Positions 35,509-48,093 of a stretch of DNA of 64,000 nucleotides are shown here, piece by piece. The DNA is taken from assembly GCA_000091205.1 (NCBI GenBank), contig AP006496.2; one strand, 5' to 3'. This DNA comes from Cyanidioschyzon merolae. Lineage: Eukaryota. Under the pieces are notes generated by a model. The model was not told the origin of the DNA. It searched no databases and worked only from the letters and a program-made list of their open reading frames with translations. The position numbers and the translations under genes were made by a program. Within the stretch, counting starts at the first letter, position 1. Each line of letters begins with the position of its first letter.

Positions 35509-37272
35509 GGTGCTGAAAGCTTCGAGAGAGAACGCGAGAGACCGACCGCGAGAGAAACAGCAGCCGCAGCGGTATACCCGTCGACGGCAGAGAAGTGAGA
35601 CGAGAGCAGGAGCGACACAGAGCGCTGTGTCACACGGTATCAGTCGCGAGTACGAGAACGCCAAGTGTTGCAGCGGTGGTTGCGAGCGGCACAGGCGCGC
35701 CGTACCGTGGTGGCGTCTGCTGCGGGAGCCAGGGGCACGCGTTTGTTCGCGATCCGCGGCGGATGCGCGCGATGCGCAGGTGTCGATCATGGATCGCCAT
35801 CGCGCTGGAATACCGGACTGGCACCTGGTACAGAGCGGGTGATCGAGCGATCTGGCGATCGGGCGATCTACGCGGCGACACCGCGCATCGCTGCCCTGCT
35901 TCAGTCTTCGTACATCGTGTACGATCTGGCGATCTGGCGAACGACCCTGCAGCGCTATGTTTTGCTCGTGCCAGCGAATCGCTGCGATGCGTCACTCCTC
36001 GTACATCGTCTTCGATCGTCCGATCGACTGTGCGATGCTGCGTGGCTGCTGGTGCCGGCAACTCGCCCCTGCGCCATTCATCATCCTTCGTCAGCGATCG
36101 GGAGACCTCCCAATCGATTCGGCCAGCTCTACTGTTTCCCGGTACTCGAGACTCGCCCCTGCGCCATTCGTGGTCCTTCGTCAGCGATCGGGCGACCTCG
36201 CAATGGATTCGGCCAGCTCTACTGTTTCCCGGTACTAGAGACTCGCTCCTTCACCATACATCATCCTTCGTCAGCGATCGGGCGACCTCGCAATCGATTC
36301 GGCCAGCTCTACTGTTTCCCGGTACTAGAGACTCGCCCCTGCGCCATTCGTGGTCCTTCGTCAGCGATCGGGCGACCTCGCAATCGATTCGGCCAGCTCT
36401 ACTGTTTCCCGGTACTAGAGACTCGCCCCTGCGCCATTCGTGGTCCTTCGTCAGCGATCGGGCGACCTCGCAATCGATTCTGTAGCTCTGCTGTTTTCCG
36501 GTACTAGAGACTCGCCCCTGCGCCATTCGTCGGCCTTCGTCAGCGATCGGGCGACCGCATGATTCAGTCTTAGGCATTGACGATGGCGCAGCACGGAGCG
36601 GGCAGGCGATAGATCTTGCTTCGCAGCCATTCTTGCAGATCACCCGGTGTCGCGCGGTCGCCAATGGCAGTGATCGGCACTGCTTTCGCACCCGATCCTC
36701 CGATGCCTCGTGAGCACTCGGGCACGCGATACCGTGCCCTCATCCGGCGCAGGTCCGCGAGTCCAGCGATCTGAAGGGCTGTCGGCAAGCGGACACTCCC
36801 GCCGGGGACCACGAGCTGATTCTTGAACGCGCGCAGGTCCGCGAGTCTCTCGATCTGCTGACAAGCGCGCTTGCGATCACGCGATCGCTGTGCTACATTC
36901 CGTGCGCACGGATCGCGCCGCTGCGCGTCCGCACCGCGCGCCAGAGATGTGCGCCGGCAGCGCGAGCACCGCCGATCGCGGCGGCTCAGATCGCGCGCGC
37001 CAGCCGATCGCGATCCGCCCTTGCCGAACGTGCGTACGCGTGCCATCCGCAGCGCCGGATGCGCAGGTGCCTCTGGGCGCTTGGCAGGCAGCGCGCCCCC
37101 GCTCTTCCGCCTTGGCGCTGTGTTACACGGTACACGCGGGTCTGCCTCGACAAGTGCCTGGCCTGTGTGCGTCTTTGTGTCCCTGCCCGCGTGTGTTTGC
37201 GCGTGCCCAGCTGTTGTTGCTCTGTAACCGTGAGCGCTATCGCTCGAGTGTGTCTGACTGCGAACCCGAGAC
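35509..37272. promoter_or_regulatory. Bidirectional H2A/H2B intergenic promoter region (left copy), containing a 90-bp x6 array
   Basis: H2A and H2B are divergent and 1.76 kb apart. Each 90-bp unit carries TTTCCCGG, a 7/8 match to the E2F consensus TTTCCCGC. Confidence 0.45.
36061..36570. repeat. 90-bp tandem array, 6 copies, between H2A and H2B (left)
   Basis: Unit starts at 36061, 36151, 36241, 36331, 36421 and 36509. Unit sequence: actcgcccctgcgccattcgtggtccttcgtcagcgatcgggcgacctcgcaatcgattcggccagctctactgtttcccggtactagag. Confidence 0.9.
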
Positions 37273-37629
37273 ATGGCTATGAAAGGGAAGACTGTTGCGA
37301 AGAAGGTGGCGAAGGCGCCCGCTAGTATCGACAAGAAGAAGCGCAAGCGCCTCGAGACGTACAGCATCTACATCTACAAGGTTCTGAAGCAGGTGCACCC
37401 GGACACGGGCATCAGCTCGAAGGCGATGTCTATTATGAACTCTTTTGTGAACGACCTGTTCGAGCGGATTGCGTCGGAGGCGAGCAAGCTTGCGCAGTAC
37501 AATAAGACGAAGACGCTGACGTCGCGGGAGATCCAGACTGCAGTGCGCCTGCTGCTGCCGGGCGAGCTTGCGAAGCACGCCGTCTCCGAGGGCACCAAGG
37601 CTGTCACCAAATACACCTCAAGCCAGTAA
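37273..37629 (+). CDS. H2B: Histone H2B (118 aa)
   Basis: The ORF contains ...[97 protein letters not shown]. Confidence 0.95.
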   Translation: MAMKGKTVAKKVAKAPASIDKKKRKRLETYSIYIYKVLKQVHPDTGISSKAMSIMNSFVNDLFERIASEASKLAQYNKTKTLTSREIQTAVRLLLPGELAKHAVSEGTKAVTKYTSSQ

Positions 37630-37689
37630 AACGTTTACGTCGCCTGTGCATGTCTCGACTGCTGGGTGCGCTCCTGGCGGGCCGGCTGC

Positions 37690-38065
37690 CCGTGCCGGTC
37701 CGAGTGCCGGTATCCGCGTCGCTTCCAGCATACACGCTTCTTTGCTGCCCGTACCGGTCCGAGTACTGGTATCCGCGTCGCTTCCAGCATACACGCTTCT
37801 TTGCTGCCCGCGCCGGTCCGAGTACCGGTATCCGCGTCGCTTCCAGCATACACGCTTCTTTGCTGCCCGTACCAGTCCGAGTACCGGTATCCGCGTCGCT
37901 TCCAGCATACACGCTTCTTTGCTGCCCGTACCAGTCCGAGTACCGGTATCCGCGTCGCTTCCAGCGTCCATGGTTCTTTGCTGCAGGTTCCGGTCCGAGT
38001 ACCGGTATCCGCGTCGCTTCCAGCATCCATGCTTCTTTGCTGCCCGTGCCGGTCCGAGTCCCGGT
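37690..38065. repeat. 59-61-bp minisatellite, about 6 copies, downstream of H2B (left)
   Basis: The motif ccggtccgagtaccggtatccgcgtcgcttccagcatacacgcttctttgctgcccgta recurs at 37711, 37769, 37828, 37887, 37947 and 38006. Confidence 0.85.
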
Positions 38066-38466
38066 ACCTATCAGAGGGTGCTGCTGATGGTGGCTGCACA
38101 GGGGCAGCGTCAGCTCACAGTTCAAGCCGCCCACTTGCAGTGCATAGCCCACTGTCGATGCCGGTGCCGCGCTCGAGGAGATACCTCCACACGCCCTTTG
38201 CGCTTTTTTGTTCCAGACACTGCAAGGTCCATGCACGCGACGGCGGCTGTCCTGCGCACGAGCTCGACATGTCGTAGCGACCTCTACTGGATGCATCGCG
38301 GATACCCGCTCGCACGACCAGTGGAAGCATCAGTGACTGGGGCGGGCGCCGCACGGCCCGTCCAACGCGTCTTCGCTGCTTCCATACACCCATCCCGTGC
38401 TCTGTGACCGCAACTTGGGTATTTCAGCGGGCGCTGGCGGTGCATGAACAGCGTTCCTTGGACGGG

Positions 38467-39099
38467 TTACCCGTCCTGTGGGTCCAGAGCTGCTGAGCCC
38501 GCTACGAGTCGTGGAAGCTCGCGCTCGAGCACGAGTCGTACCCGCTGCGCCGCAGCCTCGTCGTCGTCCAGCGAGCGAACTCCCTCCGCTGTATACGGCG
38601 GCGGCACATAGACAGAGTCAAGCACGATTATGTTCGGCTCGTCCCAGCGACACGGCAGCGTCCTGTCGAGGGCGTCGAAGACCAGTTGGCCGAGCACACT
38701 CACGCCCCGCCCGAGCTTCGAAGACCGCTCACGCGCCCGGGCTAAACTCCGACTCTCGCGCTGCCGGAGTGCCTCGATACTGAGTGCAGGAAGGGAACCG
38801 CCAGAGAATAGCGCTCGCTCGCGTCCACTCCGCCAGCGCGACTGCCGCTGACTCGCTTCGATGCCCTCGCTCAGAACCTGCACTTCTGCCACGTGCGAAG
38901 CCCGTAGAACGTGCACATCGTACAGATCTGCACCCGATGACGAAGGCGTACAAACCACCAAAAGGTTCCGACGCTCATCATACGCGAAAACAATACCCTC
39001 AATGCCAGCAGGTACCGACGGCTCCGTAGGCGCGTCCGGCACACATTCGTCCAGCACAAGGCGCACCCTCAGACCCACGAGCGGCCGATCCATGAGCAC
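38467..39099 (-). CDS. LSM12: LSM12 homolog (LSM domain plus AD domain)
   Basis: The segment IEGIVFAYDERRNLLVVCTPSSSGADLYDVHVLRASHVAEVQVL parallels the LSM12 segment [37 protein letters not shown]. The segment CRWDEPNIIVLDSVYVPPPYTAEG parallels the AD-domain segment [24 protein letters not shown]. Confidence 0.75.
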   Translation of the reverse strand: MLMDRPLVGLRVRLVLDECVPDAPTEPSVPAGIEGIVFAYDERRNLLVVCTPSSSGADLYDVHVLRASHVAEVQVLSEGIEASQRQSRWRSGRERALFSGGSLPALSIEALRQRESRSLARARERSSKLGRGVSVLGQLVFDALDRTLPCRWDEPNIIVLDSVYVPPPYTAEGVRSLDDDEAAAQRVRLVLERELPRLVAGSAALDPQDG

Positions 39100-41194
39100 T
39101 CAACCAAAATATACACACCCAGCTTTACGGAAGGTGAACCTCCCCTGCTGGGGCTCAGTTTCGGCCTCGCCCAGCGTAGCCTAGCCCAGCGCAGCGACTC
39201 CTCCGAAAAGCGCGTCCCAGAGGTACTGTGACAGTCAAGAGCGCTGCTGCCGGTGCCGTCCTCGTGCAGGGCGAAAGCGGCTGCGCGACACACGCATGCC
39301 CGATCGACAGGGAACGCTGAACTACCCGCTTTGTTCCTACTTTTCGATCTGTATTTCGAGGGTTTCTGTAGGCATATAGCCTGGACATTCCAACTGGGGC
39401 AACACGAGCTTACGGATGGATACCTAGTTTGATGAATTTTTGTCGTGTTTCCGGAAGGCTCTTTCGATGGCCCACTCATGGAACTCGTAGCGTTCCTTGA
39501 GTGAGGATGCTTCGTGACGCTCTGGAGCAGGAGTTCGCAATCGAACCGATATCGATATCCAGTGCATGCGTACAGGCCTCTGTGGTTGCTCTTTGCCCGG
39601 GTATATTAAATTTAAAAGGCACACTCTTGAAGTTCTCGGTCGTTCCGTTGGAACGAGAATCATAGACCCAGCAATTCGCGCCTTTGGATTGGCGCGGATG
39701 AATTCCCGACGACGCACAAGCTCCTCACAAGCTCATGTCGAGCGTACATTGAATTTTTTAGGTCTATAATCCATTGCGCTCGAGACGCAAATCGCTCTTT
39801 CGTCGTCGCTACCTCCGATACGACATTCGAGAGCAGCATGGTATCTCTCAAAGGAGCTGGTGCCGGAGGCTCCCGTCACTTCTATTCGCATAAAGAACTG
39901 CATTGGACTCGGAGTCGAGTCATCGAAGCGACCGTTTCAAGGAGGGAATGCACCACCGTTTTCCACGGAGGGAGCGTAGACGGATCGAAAGCTTTCGACA
40001 GCATCTCCAGAATGAGTTTTCCCCGCGGTGTTTCCTTCATCGCATACAACATCGCACGCTGGAAATCCTCTAGCTAATAGCGCACCCTGCGGTTGCGCAT
40101 GCAAAAGACAGCAAACTCGCAGAACGATCCCCAGAAGAATCTCGGAATCGATTCACACGGCACCGGGTGCGGAAATCGAGAAGCGCATCGAGTGGTGCGC
40201 TCTGCACGGATCGAGGGCATGTAGCAGGCCACGAAGCAAGCGTTCACCCACTACGAAGCAGCGCTCGGCAGCGGATGAGGAGGAGGTCTGGTGCTGGTGG
40301 TGCTGGTGGTGCCCATACCGAACCGTCTGAACGAATTTACTTGTCGCCGATACGGCATCCGCACCGAGGCCTTATAAAACCTATATGCAAACGGGAAGCG
40401 ATGCGTCGATCGCGACTCGTACATGCGCACGAAACTCGTCGACATGAGCCAGAGGCGGCAAAATCAGGTCCTAAACGCCACCGCCAGAATCACTCGAACG
40501 CTGGCAGCAGTCCTGGAGAAACAGGATAGACTGGCGCATTTCATTCCAGATATAGGAGAGAGGAGAAGGATCCAGTCGCAGAAAAATCCCGCACAGGCTG
40601 ATGCGCATGACAATCGAAAGAGACCCAAACTCGAAAAAGTATATCCGGGTTGTTTCATTGGATCCGTTCCATTCTAGTCTGGACTGCGTTATGCACAAGC
40701 ACTGCTCAGTCGAACCAGGGATTCTCGAACGCGCGATTTCATTCTCGACAAGATGGGTATCGACTACGTCTCCAATTCGCAGACGTGCGTTCCACTGCTT
40801 ACTGACCAGACTTTTCCGAAACGACTCGTGATAACATCCCAGTCTACAGGTGTCGTGTCTGTCGAGTACTCTGCACTGGCTCCAGACGCGGCATTGCGAA
40901 TTCATTCTCACGGATAAAACTTCTATACAAGTCAGCCTTCCCCGAATGTGCGCTTGATCGCAGCGCGCACTGCAAGCAGCCGCCTCGAGCCGACGCCCCC
41001 CGTGCGGTACGGCGACGCCGTTCTGTCTCCGTGCAGCGACCGCACCGGCGCTATAGGCGCCATTGCGGATGCTCTCGACAGGTGCCAGGCACACACGATA
41101 GGACGTATGAAACGACCAGAATATCCGAGAAGAAGTATAGGTAATGTAACTTGGAGGTAGCGGGTTTGGTGGATATTTCACCGCACACAGGAAA

Positions 41195-41300
41195 AAACAC
41201 GCAAAAAAGGTGAGAAGAGAAAAATGCGCATAATCGGCGAACGCTGGCCTATGGAAACGTTTTGTCTATGGAAAAAAATGCAAAGCAGCCGCCGTTGCGC
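41195..41300. repeat. Dispersed conserved element of about 95 bp, copy B (copy A at 12771-12865)
   Basis: agaaaaatgcgcataatcgg(c/a)gaacgct(g/t)gccta(t/g)g(g/t)aaacgttttgtc(t/a)atg(g)aaaaaaat...gccgttg is shared between the two loci, and both copies are preceded by an A-rich tract. Confidence 0.7.
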
Positions 41301-41488
41301 GATGATCGCCGAGGACACGCCACCAGATTCCCGCCGTAGGCGCCGGCGCAAAGCGTTTTGCTTTCAACTGCAGCCTCGACGCTCGCGGCGAGTACGCCTT
41401 GCGCCCATCTCGGTGAGCGGTGTTGTTCGCGGTTACCTGTAGGGACCTCGCTCGAACACTTGTGGGCTTTTTGGTGTTGCTGAGAGAG

Positions 41489-41953
41489 ATGGCGTCTGGG
41501 GTTTCGGTTGATCCAGCGTGCTCTGCGGAGCTTTTGACCCTTATCCGTGCGTGTCCGCGCCAGTACCGAGCGGTTATTTACCGAGTGTCGCCTGACCTTC
41601 GTACGATTATAGTGGACCGCGTTCTGCCGTCGTCGAACATCACTGGTCGGAGCGCCGTGGAAGATTGGAAGGAGTTTACGAGTGACAAGTACCTACCCCG
41701 GGACGATTGCCGGTACGCGGTCTACGACTTTGAGTTCGATACTGCGGAGACGGGAAAGAAGAACAAAATAATTTTCTTGCTCTGGTCCCCCGCTAGCGCA
41801 CCGATCCGGTCAAAGATGGTTTACACTTCTTCGAGGCAAGCGATCGTCGCAGTTCTCGACGGTGTCCAAAAGGAGGTGCAGGCGACCGACGAGGAGGAAC
41901 TCGAGTATGCATGGGTCGAGTCGCAGGTGCGCCTCGCGTCATCCGCGCGCTAG
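41489..41953 (+). CDS. ADF/cofilin family actin-depolymerising factor
   Basis: Starting at MASGVSVDPACSAELLTLIRA..., the ORF has the ADF-H pattern (YRAVIYRVSPDLRTIIVDRV; YAVYDFEFDTAETGKKNKIIFLLWSPASAPIRSKMVYTSS). The ORF-track start at 41420 adds 23 hydrophobic residues that are probably not translated. Confidence 0.8.
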   Translation: MASGVSVDPACSAELLTLIRACPRQYRAVIYRVSPDLRTIIVDRVLPSSNITGRSAVEDWKEFTSDKYLPRDDCRYAVYDFEFDTAETGKKNKIIFLLWSPASAPIRSKMVYTSSRQAIVAVLDGVQKEVQATDEEELEYAWVESQVRLASSAR

Positions 41954-42873
41954 GCGGGTTTCGCCAGAAACGCTGACGGCTGTGGCGGCGCCTGTCCGAC
42001 TCTCTGGGCCCCGGCGCGTTCGCTCTTTCACAGGCAGCCGCTCCTGCTGTTGCGCGCTGGCCTCATGTCGGCGCCGAGCGCTCTGCAGTGACCTCGCAGC
42101 CCCCTTGCGATAGCTTGGTAACGTAGGGCTCGCTCTGGCTCTTCCCGGCACAATCTCGGCGACATCACCGGCTTCGCCCGCAGCGAATCCGCAATAACGT
42201 AAAAATGGCTTCTATGCACTGTACGAGCATCTTGCAGAATGTCCACGTTACCAACAACGCACGCGCGGTACCAACTTGAGCGCGTCAGTTTTTCCAAGTG
42301 CGCACGCTCAGGCCGCCCGTACGACCGAGTATCGCCTCTAAACGATCCGCCATAGGCGTCCTTGCCCAAGCTGCATCAGACTGGGCGTCCGGGTGCACTC
42401 CCTTGGGCTGGTGAGCGTACCTCACTGGCACGCACCGGTGCTCTGAGAACACTGAGGAAAACAGCGCCTCCTGGGGCGCTACGAACGCTACAGGAAGGCC
42501 CGCGCGGACACGCCGTGGCGTCGGCAGCTCGCGGCCCCTCGGGGGCCAGTGTGCCCGAGCCCCCAGCAGCAGCCACTTTCACCGGCTCTATCCAGGCTGG
42601 AAATGTACGCAAGCACTGCAAGCACTGCAAGCATTGACCCCCGCGGTGCAGTCGCGACAACACCTGCCAAATTGCTCTCCGCTGTGCATCGACTGCGACA
42701 AGAGCGGCCAACAAGCCGTTCAGTCAGCGGCAACCGCCAGGGGTACCACGTGCCCGGCCACCCATGTCACCACCAATGTTTAGCAACAGGCGAGCCGAGC
42801 GCCCCAAAACCAGTCCATTCGGCGCCGGTGCTCTATAAACCCCCGGTTTTGTGCGCCCACACACGGGGCAACA

Positions 42874-44148
42874 CTATCTCCGCATCGCCAAGGCGTTCTC
42901 CTCGAGGGCAGCCTCCCGGAATCTGCGGAGAGCGCCCTCCACAAACCGCCGGTCCAACAAATTGCTACACAGACGCCTCAGCATCTGCCGCACGATGTCC
43001 TGCTCCAGAGCGCTCAGAGATCGGTAGCGTTCACGCCAGTCCTTGCGGGATTCAGCGCATCCGCGTAGATCCCGGCCCAAAGGCGGCCCAGTGCCAGCCT
43101 CTGCGGCTTGCGCATCACTCCAGCTAGCGTTCACACACAGATCCGAATGCCGAGCGCTCTCGCCACCAGTCTCCTCGTATGGCATCAGCAAGTATGCCAA
43201 AAAGCCGTAGATAGCCCGAAAGTTAGCTGCCGAGCCCAGCGCATCCGCATGCGATGCACCCCGGTGCAGCTCAGCGATTCCCGCAGGTGCCGCGTCCGGC
43301 ACGCCCTTCAGCGATACGTTCGGCAGCCGCCGCTTCAGTGCGCGCACACCGTTTGCGCCTCCACCACTTCCAGCACCACATTCCGCTGGTGCTGCTGGTG
43401 CTGCTGGTGCTGCTGGTGCTGCTGGTGCTGCTGGTGCTGCTGGTGCTGCTGGTGCTGCTGGTGCTGCTGGTGTTGCGTCCAGCGCCACGCTGTCCAGTGG
43501 CGATGCGTGGGCACACGTGTCCGCTGATGCTGCGCGTATGCGTGCGTTTCCCGCCAATGCCCAGCGCCAGCCTCGATCGCGCGCTGCCGCATGCGCTAGC
43601 GATGCGCTGGTTGAGAAGTTTGCGCCTCCGCCCGAAGCAGACACGCTAGACACATCCTCCGCGGCGTGCGGTCTCAATAGGGTCCGTTCTTGAGGCGAAA
43701 GGGCGCTGTCCGATTCGTTTGTGGTGCGTACTGGTGCCTTGTCGACGGTTGCCGCAGTTGCGCGCGTCTCGGGTCGCGAACCCGTGCTGGAGGCCGCTCC
43801 GCCGTCACTTGCCTCGGTGCTGGCGGCGCTGCTGCCGCCGCCCGCAGTTCGTCGCTTGCGCGCTGGGGGAATCCACGCGCTCTGATCGCTCTTCTGCAGT
43901 TTCAGAAAATACTTCTGTGCATGCGACCGGATCTGTACAACCGTCTTCGTCCCTATGTGCTGCTCAATGCGCTTCCAATCCCGCTCATACAGCCGCAGCG
44001 CCTCCACGAATAGCTCGTGCTCCTCCGCTGTCCACGCTTCGCGTGGCTTCATGAGGCGGTACGGCTTGCGCGGTCGGCGCGTCACTGGCGTTAGACGAGT
44101 CCCAGACGAGCCGCATCCTGTTGTTTCCTCCGATACTGATGGCCACAT
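42874..44148 (-). CDS. SHAQKYF-class single-repeat MYB transcription factor (RVE/CCA1-like DNA-binding domain)
   Basis: The MYB/SANT repeat is near the N-terminus: [60 protein letters not shown]. The rest is Ala/Ser/Pro-rich and includes a (PAA)9 tract. Confidence 0.75.
   Translation of the reverse strand: MWPSVSEETTGCGSSGTRLTPVTRRPRKPYRLMKPREAWTAEEHELFVEALRLYERDWKRIEQHIGTKTVVQIRSHAQKYFLKLQKSDQSAWIPPARKRRTAGGGSSAASTEASDGGAASSTGSRPETRATAATVDKAPVRTTNESDSALSPQERTLLRPHAAEDVSSVSASGGGANFSTSASLAHAAARDRGWRWALAGNARIRAASADTCAHASPLDSVALDATPAAPAAPAAPAAPAAPAAPAAPAAPAAPAECGAGSGGGANGVRALKRRLPNVSLKGVPDAAPAGIAELHRGASHADALGSAANFRAIYGFLAYLLMPYEETGGESARHSDLCVNASWSDAQAAEAGTGPPLGRDLRGCAESRKDWRERYRSLSALEQDIVRQMLRRLCSNLLDRRFVEGALRRFREAALEENALAMRR
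43375..43470. repeat. (GCTGGT)n hexanucleotide microsatellite inside the MYB CDS, encoding (PAA)n on the minus strand
   Basis: gctgctggtgctgctggt... runs for about 16 units. Confidence 0.9.
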
Positions 44149-45129
44149 CCCGCTCTATTGTTCCCTACTTTTAGCCAATTGTGCGCCGTTTGAAGTGCTT
44201 ACACCAACCTGCGAACTACAGCACCAAACTGTGACCGAGTCCACGCGCCTGCACTGAGCTGCACGAAGCTTTGCGCGACTCTGAGCAAGAGCACCAAAAA
44301 GCAAGCAAGTGTGCGACCAGGTCCGTCACGAGAGAAGATTTTCCGACTCGCACCAGTCGCCACAACGATAGAGTCTCCTTTCGACACGCTGCAGCCACCA
44401 CGAGCTCCTACAGTGCACGTCGCGAGTCCCGGACACGTATCCCAGGCTCTGCAAGCCCTATCGCAAGCTGGCTACCAGAAAGCACAACGTATACCGCTGC
44501 AAACAGAGCCACTGGTTCCCGCACACCGATTCTTTTGGATGGCGTCAACCACCACCGGTGAGAGTCTCAGTGCGACTCGCCAGCGATATCCGCGCACAGC
44601 CAAAGCAACGCGCAAAGTTCGGCGGTTCGAGCGGCCGCTCCAACGCAACGCGGCACCCTGCCGGCCAGCTGCGGAGCAGCGTTTGCTGAGGCTTCTGTTG
44701 CCAGCCGCGGTACGTTCGGCTTTAGCTGGGGTTGAATTTTGAGCAGCGTCTGCCACAAGGGTCGCCTCGGGGTCGTATCCGTAGGAGCGCTGCTGCGAAG
44801 CCGCTGTGGCGGCTGTAGGCGGAACATCCGAGGGCGTTTCCCATTGCTGGACCTCTCACGCTGCGATATCCCCCGAGGCAGAGGCTCGTCGGTTCGGCGA
44901 CGGTTAGGGCGCTGCTCCGTCGCGTGTAGGCCGGGCCTTCTAGGCAGCGTGCGCGCTTCGGTTGCAGGACGGTTTCACTCCTGCGCACTTTCTGCCGTTT
45001 CGTGGGCGTGGCACTTTCTTGGAGGCACCTGGTGACGAACGGGGATCCTCTGAGCACCAAGACCGCCTGAGACGTGTGTAGGCGGGACACTGCGCGCCCT
45101 GGGTGCATATTGCCGAACTCACTGCCACA

Positions 45130-45480
45130 GGGCGGTACGAAGAGTCTCCCGCATGGATAACGTTGAGTCATAGGACGTCGGGGATACGGTGTGTATATCA
45201 CCGGAATTGCTCCCGCCGAGCGGTACGAAGAGTCTCCCGAGTAGACAGCTAAGAGTCATAGGACGTCGGGGACACAGTGTGTATATCACCGAAATTGCTC
45301 CCGTCGAGCGGTACGAAGAGCCTCCCGCATGGATAACGTTGAGTCATAGGACGTCGGGGATACGGTGTGAATATCACCGGAATTGCTCCCGCCGAGCGGT
45401 ACGAAGAGTCTCCCGTGTAGACAGCCAAGAGTCATAGGACGTCGGGGACACAGTGTGTATATCACGGGAATTGCTCCTGC
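45130..45480. repeat. Tandem repeat of about 88-91 bp, about 4 copies, in the MYB-uS3 intergenic region
   Basis: Repeating gagcggtacgaagagtctcccg...gtcataggacgtcgggga(t/c)ac(g/a)gtgtgtatatcaccg(g/a)aattgctcccg. Confidence 0.8.
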
Positions 45481-46684
45481 TCACAAACTGCGTATTGCGA
45501 CCTGATCATGCTGGTTTGCGCATATGCTAATACTATTCCTAACGTCTGAACAGAGAAAGCCTCTGCCCGGGGTCGTCCAGAGTCTCATGCGGCGCTGTCG
45601 AATAGTTTGCCGTGGAGTTTATTTACAGTTGGGAGTCGCGGGCGCTCCGACTCGAGCAGCTGCGTTCGCGTCCTTGGATAGCGAAAGCGCTCCATGCTAC
45701 TGGTGTTCGACTCACTCGATCATGTGTGGGCACTGAGGATACAATGTCCGACGACCTCTGACTGGCAAGCACCAGTCATGCGCGCCCTCGGCTTCTAGTT
45801 CCAGACGACAGTCTGCCCGCTGCGGGCATCGACGTGGTGAAGGTAGGCAGCCGGCTCGAGCGATCGTCCATGCTGCCACGGATGCTGTGATCCCTATTTG
45901 GGTTCAATGACTCTACCCCATACACACACGAGTGTCCGCGCGAACGAAGTGCTTCGAGCAGGCCCGGCACAGAGCTCTCGACATGCCGCGCCATTCCCCC
46001 TGGACGAAACCGCTGGGCTGCTTGTTCGGGAATCGACGCTGCAACCACCGGCTGGGTCCACAGGAAGCGCACCGTCCAGGAATACGACTGCGCTGTGCGC
46101 CTGGGACTTGTGCTGACCCGTGTCAGCGCTCACGAAGGAGCGGCTGAGACTCGGACGAGCGCCTTCGCCAGCTCGAGTAGCGTATGCGCTCCAGTGCGCT
46201 GACGTGCTCCAGTGCGCGCTGGCAAGCAGGCATGCTCTATCGTGTTTGGCGAGCATCTGGACGAGCACTGCACCCCAGCTTGGAGACGAGAACGCCTGTC
46301 GCTCCAGAAATTGTCGAATACAGTACCCGAGATGGATCAGCGCGAGGCTTCGAAGAAGACAGACGCCTGGAACAGGCACCCGTCACCACTCGAAGAGGCA
46401 ACACAGATAGCTCAGCGTTTAGGTTTCCGGTCCCGTTCAACTCTGGTCGGGTCTCCCGCGCGGCGGGCACCGCTTAATGCACGTCGCATCAGGGTAGAGC
46501 ACTGCATCCAATGCAGCGCAAAACACGAGGGGAACACATGCCTCAGAGGCATCGAAGACGACAGCGACATGAGCGTAGAACTCGCCGTAGAAAAGGCCTC
46601 TGCACGAGCCCATTGGAAAAGATCCGGCGGAGCTCGGCAACGTGCCCCTAAAATGAACAGCTACCTTGTATCGCGCCTGACCGC

Positions 46685-47473
46685 TCACGGTCGCGCCGCT
46701 CCGACACCGATAACAGGCGCTCCACCCATGACACCAGGCGCCACACCCACGGGTGCTGCCGGCATAGCCGCCGGGCCGTATGTCGTGTGTGTCGCAACAA
46801 CCTTGCCGAGCGTGTCTTCCTCCTTCGGCTCCAGAATAACGATCGAGTCCGGAAGCGGCTTCCGCGGGCCCTGACGGCCTGTCGGATCGTGCGGCAACAT
46901 GATCTTCACCTTGATCCCGAGTACGCCTTGCCGCAAGAGCACGTGCCGCACGGCGCGGTCGATAAAGTCGAGTTTCGGTTGCCCCGTCGAGATCATGTAC
47001 CCGTCCATGAACTTCATGGTCTTTGCCCGCTGCGCCCGGAGCTTCCCGGAGATTTGCACTTCGCAGCCCTTGGCCCCAGACTCCATCACAAAGCGAAGCA
47101 CGCCGTACGCCGCACGTCGCACAGCGAGCCCGCCCAGCAGTTTGTACCGCAGAGACTCGGCCTGTGCCATCGCGCACAGACCTCTGTTCGGCACGCGCTC
47201 GACAAACAGCGACACCTGGTTCTCCGGAAAGCCAAAGCGTTTCTCAACAAGCGCAGTCAGCTCACGAATGCGCCGGCCCTTCTCGCCGAGCACAGTCTGC
47301 GTCCGTGTCGCTCGGATAATGACCTCGTGGCCTCGAGGTGTCACGCGCACCTCAACGCCAGCGTACCCGTCCTCCGCCAGCTCACGCGTGAGCAGCTCAG
47401 ACAGCTCCGCGAAGAAAACGCCGTCCGCAACAAACTTGCGCTTCCAAGAAACCTGTCTACGACCAGCCTCCAT
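46685..47473 (-). CDS. RPS3: 40S ribosomal protein S3 (uS3)
   Basis: The KH domain and uS3 C-terminal domain are present: [60 protein letters not shown]...[58 protein letters not shown]. The ORF is uninterrupted. Confidence 0.95.
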   Translation of the reverse strand: MEAGRRQVSWKRKFVADGVFFAELSELLTRELAEDGYAGVEVRVTPRGHEVIIRATRTQTVLGEKGRRIRELTALVEKRFGFPENQVSLFVERVPNRGLCAMAQAESLRYKLLGGLAVRRAAYGVLRFVMESGAKGCEVQISGKLRAQRAKTMKFMDGYMISTGQPKLDFIDRAVRHVLLRQGVLGIKVKIMLPHDPTGRQGPRKPLPDSIVILEPKEEDTLGKVVATHTTYGPAAMPAAPVGVAPGVMGGAPVIGVGAARP

Positions 47474-48093
47474 GATTAAAGCAGCACCCTCACGCGCTTA
47501 CGCAGAGAACCTCAAAAAAGCACAGGAACGAAGCAAGAGAGCGACAGCGTGCAGGAAGCTACACCCAGCACCACAAGGTCGCACACCGTCTCAGTTGCGC
47601 ACCTACAAGCGCTGATTCGCCAACAAACAAGCAAACCGAGTCTGTCACGACGGTGAGAAGCGCTCAGGTAACGAACTGAGCTTCGTAGAGCCTGTACAGC
47701 GCGGCGCGACGCGGCAGTGCGGCGACGAATGCGTGCGCACGGGATGCGTGCACGCGTGCAGGCCATGCGATGCGGGCAGGCGTTGATGGCATTGCCGTGC
47801 CGTGCAGCGCCGTGCCGCGCCGTGCAGCGCCGTGCCGTGCAGCGCCGCGCCGTGCAGCGCCGCGCACGATGTCACGTGTGACCTATTGATGCCATTGGGC
47901 AATGCGCTCGAGCATTGACGTCGACGCCTGTATGCCGAAGCCCCTGCGCCTGGAGCGTCCTTGCAGTATAGTCGTGTGGAGTTGCTTTGGCTGGCGTTGC
48001 TATTGTGCGGGACGTGCCTACACTGTGTGTTCCAACAGATATACATTGACAAACGTTGCGACTGTGCGGGGCGTGCTCGTTGTGTAGCGGTCG

